64,000 bases of DNA from Centroscyllium fabricii. Taxonomy: Eukaryota. Where the stretch lies: positions 34,410,001 to 34,474,000 of the forward strand of contig JBNRSN020000014.1 in NCBI GenBank assembly GCA_051313645.2. Direction: 5' to 3'. Each line of letters starts with the position of its first letter. Position 1 is the first letter of the stretch. Positions 22,796-36,829 of this stretch are shown piece by piece. The position numbers and the translations under genes were made by a program. The notes beneath the pieces were generated by a model. That model searched no databases and was not told where the DNA came from. It saw nothing but the letters and a program-made list of their open reading frames with translations.

Positions 22796-25500
22796 CCTTT
22801 CTCAGGACCAGTGTACAAACAGTAGTTCTTCTGTCGTTTGTGTAAATCGTGAGGCAACTTGGCTGCAGCAATCTTTGTCCTAACTCTCTGAACCACGGAC
22901 CTGTGTAAATCCTGTCCACGTGCCAAGGTACGAAAGGCAGTTGTCATTTTCTGCAGGTTTTCTGTTCCCCTTTCACAGGTGGGCTTGAGGATCGCCGTAT
23001 GGAAGCCTGCTGTACCAGCCTGGACTGCCCAGGTTACACCCAGTAATACTACAGCACATCATTAAAATGCAGTTAAGCAAGGTGACGCATTATTAATAGT
23101 TTGGGTGGGTGGGTGTAGGGGGGGGGGGGCAGCGGAGAACCGCGCCATGACTGAAGGCATAACTTAAGGAGCTTTTGGGGTTTGGGGGTGATGTTCGTGC
23201 AGTCCTGTCCCACCCACTCTGGGCTTGTGTTTCTGGGCATGTCACCAAGTGAGTGCTCATAGGATCCTCTGCAATACTGGGTCGGGTTTGTGATCAGTAC
23301 AGTGGGACCTGCTGTTTTTCCTCAGACTCTGCCCACTTATCTTTCCTGTTGTGGCATCGTGACTGAGTGTTCACACCTTGGATCTAAGATCTGACTCCCA
23401 CATTTTGTTCAGGGTCATGGATCTACCATTTGCCCAACCAAGGACCATCTTCCCAGCACAGCTCTCTGTCTCCTATACAGACTTGTTCTATCGAGCACAC
23501 ACCAGACGACTTCTTATGATGACTTTGACTTCACACCAGTTTCAGGTCAGTTAGTAAATTTCAGGTGATGGGACAGGTCGATGGTACAGTGGAAACACTT
23601 CAGCCGTACCTCGATCGCCGTCTTTAGGTGAGTGTGGGTGAGGGTTCCAATTGGCACTGTCAACTCTTAGTTACTTTTACCTCAAAGATCACTTATCACA
23701 GATTGCACACTAACTGCACACCCACAAGTATGTAACACTACACTGCTCACTGTGGCACACCTGTAACACTAACTCTGCTGTGCACCAAGTACGTGGCGAT
23801 GGCACTGTTGCAACTGCCACCAGTTTGATTGCACACTCGCTCACTGTTCTTTGTCCTGCTGTTGTGTTGCACTGATGCTGGCTATATGGTGATGCTCACA
23901 TTGTTCCTCTGGTTCTTGTACATTACTCCCCAGCTAAGAGGATGATTGGGCAGCTGACCCCCCATCTGTTGTGAGACCAACTCATCAGCATGCCTGAGAT
24001 CTGTGCAAATAAGGACAACATTTACATAGCATTTATCATTTTTGGTCCCTTCTCTCCAATCTTTGAAAGATTATATCTCACCTGCGCACACTGAGACCCA
24101 CTGAGGATTCAAGACATCTTGCTGGTTGCTGTAAAGGATCTGAGTGCATCATCCAGGTCTGCATGTTGAGGCATAGGGAGGGAGAGCTAGAGACGGAGTT
24201 GCCACTGCTAGAGGATTGTGACTGGGGACTGTCATGTATACATTGCTGCATAGTCCCAGTTCTTACTCCCTTCACTAGACCCTAACCCATCGTCCTGTCC
24301 TGCTTTGCTGGTGCATGTGAAGCACCATCTGGCCAGTCTTGCTGTGCTATATGGGGGGTTAATTTTCCCACAGGAATGTCCTGGTGGTTTGGAACTTTGT
24401 GTTCTCCACTCATGGAGACATGTGCTCTGGCCCTTGCCGATATGTAGATTCCTCTATTTGGCCTCTCTGCCCCTCTCCATGAGAAATCACTGATATGGGA
24501 GTTTCCTCCAACTCATGCTCTGTCTCGGAAAAGGGAAAAGTGCAGTGAGATTGCAGGGAATGCTCACTCCTCTGAATGCCCAGATACCCTGCGTATTGCA
24601 GTCTTGTGCTTGAGGATTGGTTATCAGGTTGTAGCCCTTATCTGCTGGGCAGCAATGGCTGGTAATGGTGCAGGGAGTCTCCCTTCAGTCCGTGTTCTGT
24701 TTAACCTACGGTCGGAAGGTGTTACTGTGACACGACAGGGTGCATGTGGGTTTCAGTTTGGGGAGCGTTCTGGTGCCTCTTGTGCCTTTTGCATGAGCTC
24801 TGTTGATATAAGGTGCTGCTGTGCGCTTGTAAACTTTTCTGCATAGTCTGGTGTAAATCGATGTACATTTTGAATTTTCTATCCTTACACAGTAGAAAGT
24901 TATTTTTTATAGAATGAAGGCAGATTTATACTGGTGTCGGATAACTAGTGGATTCATTAGTATCACTTGACAGCTTCTCAATTTTGTAAAGTCAATAGGT
25001 TGTGTCTGTATATAGTTGGAAACTGACCGAGGGAGCAGGTTAAATGTTGATTTCTTTATGGGCAACGCATTAACTTGCACTTGCTAACCATGAAGAAGAT
25101 GATACTGTTAATGTATAAATGAAATGTCTTGAATGCAAATATTTTGTCTTATCAACGTACTGTCCCTACAATTGGAGAAAACCAATGTAACTTGAGTGTG
25201 AGATTTAGCTCATCTTAAATTGTTTTTAAACAAAGTTCTGATACTGGTTTGTGCACTGCTTCATCACCAGAGCTGTTCTGAGCATCAATACTTGCTGTTT
25301 ATACAGAGCCTGCCCATCAACCAGAAAATAACATTACATTGATCATCCATAGTGAACTGTGATTGTACAGAAATATTGGGTTTGCAATCCTGTATAAACT
25401 GGCTTTTCTTGATGCTGAGATATGGAATGAATGGTGATGTGTGGCTACTGTAAGCATCCAGACAGATTTACTAATTAAAATCTACAGCAACAAATCCCTG
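22796..25500 (+). other. RAB11FIP3: Probable RAB11FIP3 3' UTR
   Basis: About 2.7 kb with no recognisable repeats after the stop codon. AU-rich distal part, Pumilio-type TGTATATA at 25007-25014, ATTAAA near 25474. The end point is inferred. Confidence 0.5.
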
Positions 25501-25794
25501 TCTCTGCAAAGTTATTTGTGCAACGATCACCACCAGCCGCTCCATAAACCAAACCCTGCTGTGGTATTGAACAGCATTACTCTGAAGATACAAGGGTGGG
25601 GGGAGGGGATTAGTACAAATCCACTGCAGGCTGCTCCATTTCTCTGTACCGGTTATGTATCTGGGCAAGTATGAGGAAACTCGCTCACCAAATGTACATG
25701 GGTATGCAAAGATGACTTGTGTTGGCACATCATTCCATTGGGACTAGCCTCAGGGCAGTACTTCCAATGTTCCCTTGAATTTGTTTTTACCAAA

Positions 25795-28700
25795 ATCAAA
25801 TCAAGTTTATTGGTCACATACATCATTATACTTGTACAAAGTGCAGTGAAATGCTTGATTGCAAGCTCCCTTGCCTGTGCTTGTCCAAATAACAATAAAT
25901 ACAGAGAATAGTTAAAAGAAGAAATAATAAAAATAATAAGTTATCTGTAAAATAACCAATTCCTTACAACTATGTGCATATAACCAGGTAATATATACTA
26001 TATGGACAAAGATACAGATGAGCAGATATACGAGTATGCATATATACAAATATAAATTACAAGATGTACAGGATGCTCATGGCAATACTAGATGCTCATG
26101 GCAATAGTGCAGTTATTGGCAGGCAATGTATGCTCTTATTCAGTTCAGGTGTATTCATATATCCTGCGAAGATTGGCCGTATCATTTTTGTTGTCATCGC
26201 CATCATCAGGGAGCAGCGTGCAGACCCTTGGCAGCGTCCTCATTCAGGATCCGGATGGCTTGGGGATAGTAGCTCCTCCTGAGCCTCTGTTGGGCTTAAT
26301 GCTGCAGTAAAATTTTCCTGACCGCAGCGGTGAGAAGAGGCCGTTGTTCGGGTGGCTAGGATCCTTGATGACCACCTTAGCCTTAGTCCTGCTCCGTCTG
26401 ATGTAGATATCCTGCAGGTTATGGGAGTGCACCCCCGGTGGTACGCTCTGCCAACCGTGCTACCCTCTGCAGGGCCTTACGGTCCTGTTTAGTGCTGTTC
26501 CCGTACCAGGCGGTGATGCTCCCCGACAGGATACTCTCAATAGTGCCTGTATAAAAGTTCTTTTGTACTTGGGGGAACATTCTAAACTTCCTCAGACGTC
26601 TGAGATGGTAAAGACGCTGCCGTGCCATCTTCACCAAGGTGTCTGTGTAGGGACCCTGTCCGGTCCTCTAAGATGGACACCGAGGTACCTGAAATTACTC
26701 ACCCTCTCTACTGGGATCCCATCGAACCTGAGAGTTATAGTTCCTCTCCTGCTTCCTCCCAAAGTCCACTATCAGCTCCTTTGTCTTGCTGACGTTCAGG
26801 AAGAGGTTGTTGTCCTGGCACCACAGTGACAGGTTCTCCACCTCCTTCAGGTAGGCCTTCTCGTCAATGTTGGTGATCAGGCCCACCACAGCTGTGTCGT
26901 GAGCAAACTTCTTGATGGTGTTGGAGTCCTGCGTGGCCACAGTCATGTGTACAGGGAGTACAGGAGGGGACTCGGGATGGAACTTTGGGGGGGGGGCGGC
27001 CCTGTGTTGAAGATGAGGGTCGATGAGGTGTAGCTGCCTACTCTCACCACCTGGGGTCTGCCCGTCAGGAAGTCGAGGACCCAGTTACACGGAGATGTTC
27101 AGTCCCAGGTCCCTGAGCTTGGGGCCGAGCTTGGAGGGGACTATGGTATTGAAAGCTGAACTGTAGTCAATGAGCAGCATCCTGTTGTCCAGGTGGGATA
27201 GTGTGTTATGCATAACGTGGGCAATGGCATTGTCCTTGGATCTATTGGGGCGGTCGGCAAACTGCAGTGGGTCCAGGGTGCCGGGTAGTGAGGAGCAGAT
27301 ATAATCCTTGACTAGCCTCTCAAAGCACTTCATGGCTACAGAGGTGAGTGCTACAGCGCGATGGTCATTCAGGCAGGCTGGGTGTGCGATCTTTGGCACC
27401 GGGACTATAGTGGACATTTTAAAACATGGGTATAACAGACTGGGTCAGGGATAGATTGAGTATCACCGTGAACACCGGTGCTAGCTGGTCAGCGCAGGCC
27501 TTGAGGATGCGCCCGGGTATGCCGTCCGGTCCTGCTGCCCTCCGGGTGTTCACCCTCCTAAAGGTCCTCCTCACGGCATGCTCTGAAATAGTGAACGTAC
27601 ACTCCTCTCCGGCAGGGGCTCTCGCTTCAGGTGCGTTAGCCCGTGGGCTAATGCTGTCGCCGTTAACCTCGAAGCGTGCATAAAATGAGTTTAATTCTTC
27701 TGCCAGAGGTGTGTCGGCGCTCACCATGGTGGAGGGTTTCCCTTTATGGTCTGTGATTGTCCTTAATCCTTGCCACATGCGTCTTGTTGGAATTGGGTTT
27801 CCACTTTGTCACTGTACCGTCTCTTTGCCTCCTTCACCACTCTCCGTAGGTCGTATGCAGCTGTTTTGTACTCGTCCATGTTCTCGGACACTAGCCCTGA
27901 ATTATAGGCAGCGGTGCGTGTGCTCAGAGCTTCGCAGATGGTTTTATCCACCCACGGTTTCTGATTGTTCCTTCGGTTACCATCAGGACATTTCCCAATC
28001 TCCTCTACCAGTTTACCAACGAACCCCACAACTGCTTCCGTAAACATGTTGATATCATCAGAGCTGGCCAGGAACATGCCCCAGTCGACGTCACTCAGTG
28101 CGTCCTGTAGCGTGTCTTCTGATTGGTCAGTCCAACGTTTAACCTCCCTTGTCACCGGAGCTTCCTGCTTAAGCCTTTGTTTATATCTCAGCATGAGAAA
28201 AATGGTGGCATGGTCTGATTTGCCAAATGGAGGGAGAGATTGAGCTTTATAACCGTCTTTGAACAATGACTACCAGTGATCCAGTGTCCTTTCCCCTCTG
28301 GTAGGGCATATGATGTGCTGACAAAATTTGGGCATTACCTTTTTGAGGTTCGCCCTATTAAAGTCCCCAGCCACGATGAGGGCTGCATCCAGGTGTGCGA
28401 TTCTGATATTTGTTGAGTACCTCATGCAACTCTGTACAATGTCGGTATCTGCTTGAGGTGGAATATAAACAGCTGTGATGATGACCGAGGTGAACTCCCG
28501 GGGAAGGTAGAACGGGCGGCATTTGATCGTCAGATATTCCAGGTTGGGCGAGCAGTAGCATGATAGAGTTACTACATTCTTACTGTCGCACCAGTTGCTG
28601 TTAACCATGAGATACACGCCTCCTCCCTTTAACTTACTGGACTCTCCTGTTCTGTCCATACGATGGACAGAGAAGGACCCAGCTGGCTGGATCGCCTGAT

Positions 28701-29126
28701 CCGGCACCGAGGGACTCAGCCATGTTTCGGTCAGACATAGAATGTTGCAGTCCCTAACATCCCGCTGGTATTTGATCCTTGCCCTGATGTCGTCCAACTT
28801 GTTCTCCAAGGACTGGACATTGGCTAGCAGGATACTGGGCAGAGGTAGACAGTGTGCACGGGTCCTCAGCCTATTCCGAACGCTGGCCCGTCTCCCCGTT
28901 GCTGTTGTGGCCCCCATCGCCATTCCAAAGAATCTCTCTCGGCCAGGATGAACCAATGAATGGAAAGTCGGAAAAACGATGAGTAGTCTGTAATCCAATG
29001 TTTTGAGTATCTGGCGGTCATATGTGGTAAATGCCACAACGGTAGATGAAAAAACATAAAAGACTAAATAAAAGCAATTTAATTAGAGCTGGCAGGACAG
29101 CATCTGAACATAGCAGTGCCATTTCC
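25795..29126 (-). mobile_element. Near full-length Rex1/Babar-like LINE, frameshifted (APE + RT)
   Basis: LANVQSLENK, LCLTETWL, GDFN (endonuclease). [22 protein letters not shown] (RT). 3' end aataaac(ttgat)n. Confidence 0.88.
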
Positions 29127-29688
29127 AATGGTCTGTGGCAACCATGGGTGGTTCCATTAAATTTGTTGCATGCACTGTTATCTTTGTGGCAACAGCTTGT
29201 GAGCGGCCTGCGGGGGAACCTCCAGATTGATGCGCAGCCCGTGTGCTTTAGGGGGAATGTTGAGCACTTCCACCTGCAGGATTCCCGGTTAATCCCATTC
29301 CCTTGGGCTCTCCTGCAGGCCTTTTTTCAAGCGTTTGGTTAAATACTCAAACTTGTCTGTTGCTATTTCTTGTAACTTGTGAATCACTGGAGCCACTGGT
29401 GAAATGGTACAGAAAAATGTGTAATGTGGATTGAAAAGAAGACCCACTTCACAGGGCACCAGATAAAATGATTTAATCAACAAACTGAGTAGCAAACAGA
29501 CTGAACTCCCTGAAGTGGAATCGGGTGTATCTATTGTTTTAGCGACTGCACACATTGCAGCAGTTGGCTATTCACTTTCACCATGTAATACAGCGTGGAT
29601 ACAGGTTAGAAGAGCTGGAGGAAGGCCAGGGAGCAGCGGAACATGAGCATCTTGCACAACTGAGTGCATCCGCTGCTCCGGATTGGGA

Positions 29689-29850
29689 CTAGAAGTCATT
29701 GTCACTTTCATCAAGCTGTTCCTGCTTGTGGATTCTGCTCGAGGGCTGTTCTGGCTGAATATCTATACTTTCATCATCATCTTCAGCAATTTCATATTCA
29801 TCCTCCTCCTCCTCTTCATCAACATCAATCTCGCTGTCATCAGAGTCCTC
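29689..29850 (-). CDS. CLUAP1: CLUAP1 last coding exon 12
   Basis: cttcag|GAG. Acidic tail ending LDESDNDF*, the conserved C-terminus. Total CDS is 1257 nt (418 aa). Confidence 0.96.
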   Translation of the reverse strand, partial: EDSDDSEIDVDEEEEEDEYEIAEDDDESIDIQPEQPSSRIHKQEQLDESDNDF

Positions 29851-29907
29851 CTGAAGAGCAAGAGAATTCAGCAAGCTGTTAACTGTCTGCTTCCAACAGT
29901 GCATGGA

Positions 29908-31515
29908 GCATAGAAAAGGACATAGAAACATAGAAAAGGACATAGAAACATAGAAAATAGGTGCAGGAGTAGACCATTCAGTCCTTCGAGCCTGCACCGC
30001 CATTTAATGTGTTCATGGCTGAACATGCTACCTCAGTACCCCATTCCTGCTTTCTCACCATACCCCTTGATCCCCCTAGTTGTGAGTATTATATCTAACT
30101 CCCTTTTGAATATATTTAGCGAACTGGCCTCAACAACCTTCTGTGGCAGAGAATTCCACAGATTCACCACTCTCTGGGTGAAGAAGTTCCTCCTCAACTC
30201 AGTCTTAAATGGCTTATCCCTTATCCTTCGACTGTGACCCCTGGTTCTAGTCTTCCCTAACATTGGAAACATTCTGCCCGCATCTAACTTGTCTAAACCA
30301 GTCAGGATTTTAAACGTCTCTAAGATCCCCCCTCATTCTTCTGAACTCCAGAGGATACAAGTTCAGTTGATCCAGTCTTTCTTGATATGTCAGTCCGGCC
30401 ATCCCAGGAATCAATCTAGTGAACCTTCGCTGCACTCCCTCAATAGCAAGAATGTCCTTCCTCAAGTTAGGAGACCAAAACTGCACACAATACTCCAGGT
30501 GTGGCCTCACCAAGGCCCTGTACAACTGTAGCATCACCTCCCTATTCCTGTACTCAAATCCCCTCCCTGTGAAGGCCATCATGCCATTTGCTTTCTTGAC
30601 CGCCTGCTGCACTTGCATTCCCACCTTCAGTGACTGATGTACCATAACGCCCAGGTCTTGTTGCACCTCCCCTTTCCCTAATCTGCCACCATTCAGATAA
30701 TAGTCTGCCTCTCTATTTTTACCACCAAAGTGGATAACCTCACATTTATCTACATTGGGCAAATGTATGGCAGATGAAGTACATTCACCCAACCTGTCCA
30801 AGTCACTCTGTAGCCTCCTAGCATCCTCATTGTTCACACTGCCTCCCAATTTAGTGTCATCTGCAAATTTGGAGATACTACAATTAATCCCTTCGTCCAA
30901 ATCATTAATATATAATGTAAACAGCTGGGGCCCCAGCACCGAACCCTGCGGTACCCCGCTGGTCACTGCCTGCCATTCTGAAAAGTACCCATTTACTCCT
31001 ACTCTTTGTTTGCCAACCAGTTCTCAATCCACTTCAACACATTACCCCCAATCCCATGTGCTTTAACTTTGCACACCAATCTCTTGTGTGGGACCTTGTC
31101 AAAAGCCTTCTGAAAGTCCAAATACACCACATCTACTGGTTCCCCCCCCGTCCACCCTATTGGAAACATCCTCAAAAAATTCCAGAAGATTTGTCAAACA
31201 TGATTTCCCTTTCACAAATCCATGCTGACTTGGACCTCATGCTGACTTGGATCTATCATGTCGCCACTTTCCAAATGGTCTGCTATGACATCCTTAATAA
31301 TTGATTCCATCATTTTACCCACCACCGATGTCAGGCTGACTGGTCTATAATTCCCTGTTTTCTCCCTCTTTTAAAAAGAGGGGTTACATTAGCCACCCTC
31401 CACTCCATCGGAACTGATCCAGAGTCTAAGGAATGTTGGAAAATGATCGTCAATGCATCCACTATTTCCAAGGCCACCTCCTTAAGTACTCTGGGATGCA
31501 GGCCATCAGGACGGG
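29908..31515 (-). mobile_element. CR1 LINE, 5'-truncated, in the last CLUAP1 intron
   Basis: SGVPQGSVLGPQLFTLYINDL, FADDTKL. Tail repeats at 29908-29958. Confidence 0.92.
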
Positions 31516-33070
31516 GAGGTACTGGCCAGACAGTTAATGAAAAAGGACTAAAGTGAGTGTGATCACCACCTCTAAATAAGTTTTAGGATTGTTTATACAC
31601 AAAATAGTAAGTTACAGGCTGGCATATAATTGAGGGATTCCGATTATTCTGAAAGATAACTGCTCCAGACTTCTGCATTGCCCTACAGGAGCTGTGGGCA
31701 GTGTTAGCTCTGAAAAATGTGACCACCTTAAACCTCTCCGTGGTACATTTTGGTTATGTGAGGACAACATACCACCCAATCTGCACCACTGGGCGAGTGA
31801 ATGTTAATTGAACACCTAGCAGTATAGTTACAGATTCTGTTCTTCCAGACTTGCCTGGTGTCTGAAGAGAGCACTTTGAACTGTATAACACCAGCGTGAA
31901 GTTCTGGCGGTTGCAGGTCTGTGTAGTACTGGGAACAATCTGGAGGCGATGAATGAGGAACATCACAGTATAATGTCAAGTGCAATGTTCACCATAGCAC
32001 ACTGGTGTTAATGGTGATCGCAGTGCTGGATATCATGATTCACTGCTCGTGATGGCACTAAGGGCTTGTGCCGGCAGAAGGAGTAATTGTATATTTAACG
32101 CCGTACATTGTGATAATGGCTAAAGAAACAGCGATACAATTGGAGAATGAGCAACAGATTGAAATGTCAAGTCTCATGTCATGTCTGAACCAACCTTGCT
32201 ACTGCTGGAATTCTTGGCTTCCTTTCCCTGAGCAGATAATGTTTGGAGCTTTATGAAAGCAATAATGGAAATCAACAGAAGAGAGAAAAGCAGATTTAAA
32301 CTCAAAAGGAAACAGTCTGATAAAAGCAGCAAGCCTGGGACCTAGTTATGTATGTTTGTTTCTACACAACAGTCTACAGTTATTACTGATTGGCATGATT
32401 AGCAAACACATTTCACAGCCCAAGGTATCCCAGCTCCTGCACCCCGTCTCCTGTTTGGAGTCAATAAAGGCGGAAGCAGGTGCAGTCATCTGCAGTTGCA
32501 GAAATCTGCCTGTTGGTGTCTTCAAAAAAACACTGACTACCCAATCACCAGAGAGAACGAGGCAGTATTAAAAGCTGAGACAAGCTATCACAGCAAAGGG
32601 AAAACCAACCGGGAGAAACTGTCCTCTTAGAAACCGCTACAAAACTGCCACCAGCAAAGCTAGGTGTAGTCAATGGGTGAAAGTGAAGCCATCAACAGAG
32701 TACCACTGCTGGAAGACTGGACCTGGGTCATCCAAACATCACCCTAATAATAACTCAGTCACACATTTCTGAACAGATTGCTGAAAGTGACAGGACATGC
32801 ACGCAAATACAAGTTTGTATGTCTGATTGGAGGCTCTTCGTCCCAAGAAAGCATTCTCCAGGCTCCCCGCCTGTCCATTTCCCTTGCGTCTCTGAAGGAC
32901 CTTGGGGCTGTTATTTACATTGGAGGCACTAGTCATTGGGGGACAACCTTGATCCGTTCTAAAGGGTAGGAGGCAGCTCGAATACACAATCAAAATCGAG
33001 CTAATGCGAAACCATCCAAACTTACTACAGTATCACTAAACAGGGTTCTGAAGCAGCTGATGTCTCTTAC

Positions 33071-33126
33071 CTCATCCTCGGTGTCGCCTCCATGCATTGT
33101 TCCAATGACGCGACCTGCAACTCTGC
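33071..33126 (-). CDS. CLUAP1: CLUAP1 coding exon 11
   Basis: cacag|GC...GAG|gtaaga. Encodes RVAGRVIGTMHGGDTEDE, compared with mammalian RIVGTMQGGDSDD. Confidence 0.92.
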
Positions 33127-34657
33127 CTGTGAACATTAATCGATTTATTAAAACTGGTACGTCCAGACATCATTGTTATAGACGCAAACCAATGTTAAAA
33201 TGCTGGGTGTTGAGCTGCAGCCTGAAACTGGTGAGCACATTCCAAGCGGCAAAGTTTACTGACCAAACAAGGATTGAGGTTTGGAATCAATAATGAAAGC
33301 AGATGCAGTTTACAGCTGTGCAAGAGGAGGCAGCAGCAAATTTGATCACCCGTCCCCTGATCAATGTGCAACAAGGAGGATTATTAAAATGTTGCTGATC
33401 ATGGTTTATGTAATTTACCAAGAGTTTAAAGTTTAATTTCAATTTGTCCTTGTACAGAGGCTGCATCTTAACTGACTCGAGATCGGAAAGGTCTTGTACC
33501 TCAAATCCGGACTGTCGGAGAGCAGAACCCAAACCAGCATGTTTGATGTTTCTAAAACCTGGGGAGGGGGAGTACAAGGGGAGCGGGGTCACCCTCCAGG
33601 CAGTGGGTCCTATTTACTCACTAAGGTGGAGCTGGGTTCGAGCACCAGCCTTCAAGTCCTGATTGCTCAAACTGGATTAACTCTTGTCCACACAAAGGCC
33701 AGTGTCTGTGCTGCTGTTTACATCCCATAATAAAGCTAAAGGCTCCGTGCATGACCTGCCAGTGAGGTCCTGACAAAGCCACCATACCACAAGCCAATGT
33801 ACTTAGTAATGTGTCATCATGGGACACAGCATTTAGACCATTCCTAATGGAATCACTGATGGGACAATTCCTTACAGCTATGGGATGATAAAAAATTTTT
33901 TTTTTAATTTCTATTTGATATTCTTGGGTTAAAAACAGGTAAGCTATCAGATCTCCAATTTAAATGATTTTGAACCAATATGGTCTAAGGGCAGTGACCC
34001 ACCACATCATCATTGACCCAGCCCCACCTGGAGTACTGTGCATTATTCTGGGCGCTGGCACTCACTGGGTTCTGGAGAGGGTGAGATAACGGCAACCAAC
34101 CTGATAACGAGGATAAAGCACCCGAGCTCGGAGGAGAGATTAAGGAAGATGGAAATTGTTACACCAGAGACAAGGCAGCTCGAGATCTCATCAATGTGTT
34201 CAGGATTCCAAGGGGTACAGAAACCAGATCTGAATAAAGTGAATCATGGTTTATGTAATTTACCAAGAGTTTAAAGTTTAATTTCAATTTGTCCTTGTAC
34301 AGAGGCTGCAGCTTAACAGACTCAAGCATGGACTCTAGATTTGAAGTGGGATTGTGTCAACATATACCAAGAGTGAACTGGATAGTCTTTTGCTGAAGGA
34401 AGTGGTTGAGGGTTGTGGGAGGTAAAGAATGTAGAATAGCTGTTTTTGTACTTTGGCACTGGCCTTTGCTGGTTCTGCACATTCCCATTTACCAGGCATC
34501 ACAGGCTGCAGGACGGCTCGCCAGCAGCTTCATCAACCCTTAATGCATGCCCCGTGCGTTACAGTTCTCTCCCACTGTCCCCATTAGAAGCCTTCATGTT
34601 AAGCATATTTAGTAAAGCCACATTAATAAAGCCTCCTTGAAACGAGATGCCACGTAC

Positions 34658-34768
34658 CTTGAATGGGCAGCTCCCTGGTAAGCCGTGGTTTCAGTGGTCT
34701 TCTGTCTTCCAGATCACTATCCGAGCCCTCGTCTTCCTGTATCTCATTGTCAGAATCATCATCCCTCC
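34658..34768 (-). CDS. CLUAP1: CLUAP1 coding exon 10
   Basis: aaacag|GG...G|gtacgt, phase 1-1. Encodes RDDDSDNEIQEDEGSDSDLEDRRPLKPRLTRELPIQ. Confidence 0.92.
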
Positions 34769-34794
34769 CTGTTTCAAGATACAAGAGTTTGTCA

Positions 34795-35785
34795 GAATCA
34801 ACAGCAATTTGCTAGCATAGTAAAGCGTACCATGGTGCTTCACAGGATCATAATCAAACAAAATCCAGGAGTGCGTTGGAATAGTCGCGTCTCGAGGTAA
34901 CCAGGGCATGGATGAGTGTTTCAGCAGCAGATGAGCTGAGGCACGGGCAGAGTCGGGCGATGTTAGAGCTGGAAGTAGGTGGTCTTTGTGATGGTACAGA
35001 TATGTGGTCAGATGCTCATCTCAATCTGGTTCAGCCTCAGACAGGTGCCAGGGAAAGGGGATGGAGTTGGTGGTTAGGGAATGGAGTTTGTGGCAGGGAC
35101 CAAAGACAATGGCTTCAGTTTTCCCAATATTTGGAGGAAATTTCTGCTCCTGCAGTACTGGATGTTGTACAAGCAGTCTTGACAATTTAGAGGCGGTGGA
35201 GGGGTTGAGAGAGCTGGGTGTCGCAGCGTACCTATAACCTGATGTGTTTTCAGATGGTATTGCCGAGGGGCAGCATGTAGATGAGAAATAGGAGGAGGCC
35301 AAGGATAGATCCTCAGGGGCTACCAAAGGAAACCGTGCAGGATCGGAAAGAGAAGCCATTACAGGTAATTCTCTGGCAACGACTGGAAAGAGAAGAATGG
35401 AACCAGGCGAGTGCCATTCCACCCAGCTGGATGTCGGAGTGACGTTGGAGGAGGATAATGTGGTCAACTGTGTCAAAGGCGGCAGAAGGACGAGGAGGGA
35501 TAGTTTACCACAGTCACACAGGATGTCATTTGTGACTTTGATAAGAGCCATTTCGGTCCTGTGGCAGGGGTGGAAAGCTGATTGAATCTCTCCAATCAGA
35601 GTTCTCAAAGATGGCGCGGATTTGGGAGGCGACGGCATGTTCAAGGACTTGAGAGGAAAGGGAGGTTGGAGGTGGGGCAGCAGTTTGCAAGGACAGAAGG
35701 GTCATAGGTTTTTTTTTTGAAGATGGGGGTGATGACATCAGATTTGAAGGAGAGAGAGATGGTACCTGAGGGGAGAGAACCATTA
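34795..35785 (-). mobile_element. L2-like LINE fragment
   Basis: QSAFHPCHRTEMALIKVTNDIL and NIGKTEAIVFG, typical of L2 RT. Confidence 0.8.
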
Positions 35786-36238
35786 AGCTTTGAAGCTGCT
35801 TTTATGTTACAGGCTGGGTAGAAGGAGAGCCATGTGTCTCGCTCTACTGAATCGAGGTTCCAATAAGTCAGCCGGCCAATGTTTGTGAACTGACTGCAAA
35901 GGGGATCCCAATACACAGACCGGCTGTGACAGCTGGATCAGTGCACCAAGATATGGCGCCATAATGTCATCACAATGAAAGATCGTTCACATCTTGTGTT
36001 GCCCTTATTTTACATGTCGGAATCCTGGGAGAGACGAGGCTGGGGTTGGAACTGCCACCTCACTAAGCCCCGGGAGGGCAGCACCAGTCTGTGTTTCGTG
36101 GCTGACAGACTTTATATTAACAAAATTGTGGCTGAGTCTAGCTCTCCCCTCCAGAGCTGGGGATATAAAGAACTTGCATTTCTATGTCTCCTTTCACAAT
36201 CTCAGGACGTCCCAAAGCACTTCACGGCCAATGAAGTA

Positions 36239-36745
36239 CAGGTTGAACACCGTTAATCCGTTACCCGAAAAGCCGGCAACTTCGAACATCCGGCACAAAT
36301 CGTCCTGACTGCCCTGCGCATGCGCAAAATGGCCGTCGCGATTGATGCTTCGGCGAATGATCTGCGCATGCGCCGCCGAACGGCGAGCGCATGCGCAGAT
36401 CATTCACAATGGCCGAGCCGATCACGAGCCTCCGTGAGCCGCCCCGAGCCGGGGCTCTGCGAGTCGCCCTAAGCCTCCGCGAGCCACCCCCCCTAGCCGG
36501 GGCTCTGCGAGTTGCCGCGAGCCGCCCCCGAGTCGGGGCTCCGCGAACCAGCCCCAGCCGGGGCTCTGCGAGTCTCTCCGAACGACAAGCGCATGCGCAG
36601 ACCACTCAAAATAGCCGCCGGCCTTTCGCAGCGGCCATTTTGAGTGGTCTGCGCATGCGCTCGCCGAAGCTTCAATCGTTTGGGATTTTCGCTTTCCCGG
36701 CACAGGCCTGGTCCCGCCTGTGCCGGATTAATGGTGCTCAACCTG
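36239..36745. mobile_element. pogo-like MITE with internal GC-rich tandem repeats, inserted in an older SINE remnant (~36165-36795)
   Basis: TA|CAGGTTGAACACCGTTAATCC ... GGATTAATGGTGCTCAACCTG|TA. Repeated gccggggctctgcgagt. Confidence 0.85.
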
Positions 36746-36829
36746 TACGTTGTACTTTTGAAGTGTCACAGTTGTAATGTAGGGAAACACGACCAATACG
36801 TACACTATGCACTGTATACTATACATATA

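Noticed and set aside
32739-32993. ORF in CLUAP1 intron 11 as an extra exon
   Set aside because: Exons 11 and 12 already join in phase to give the conserved C-terminus, and there is no similarity to CLUAP1.
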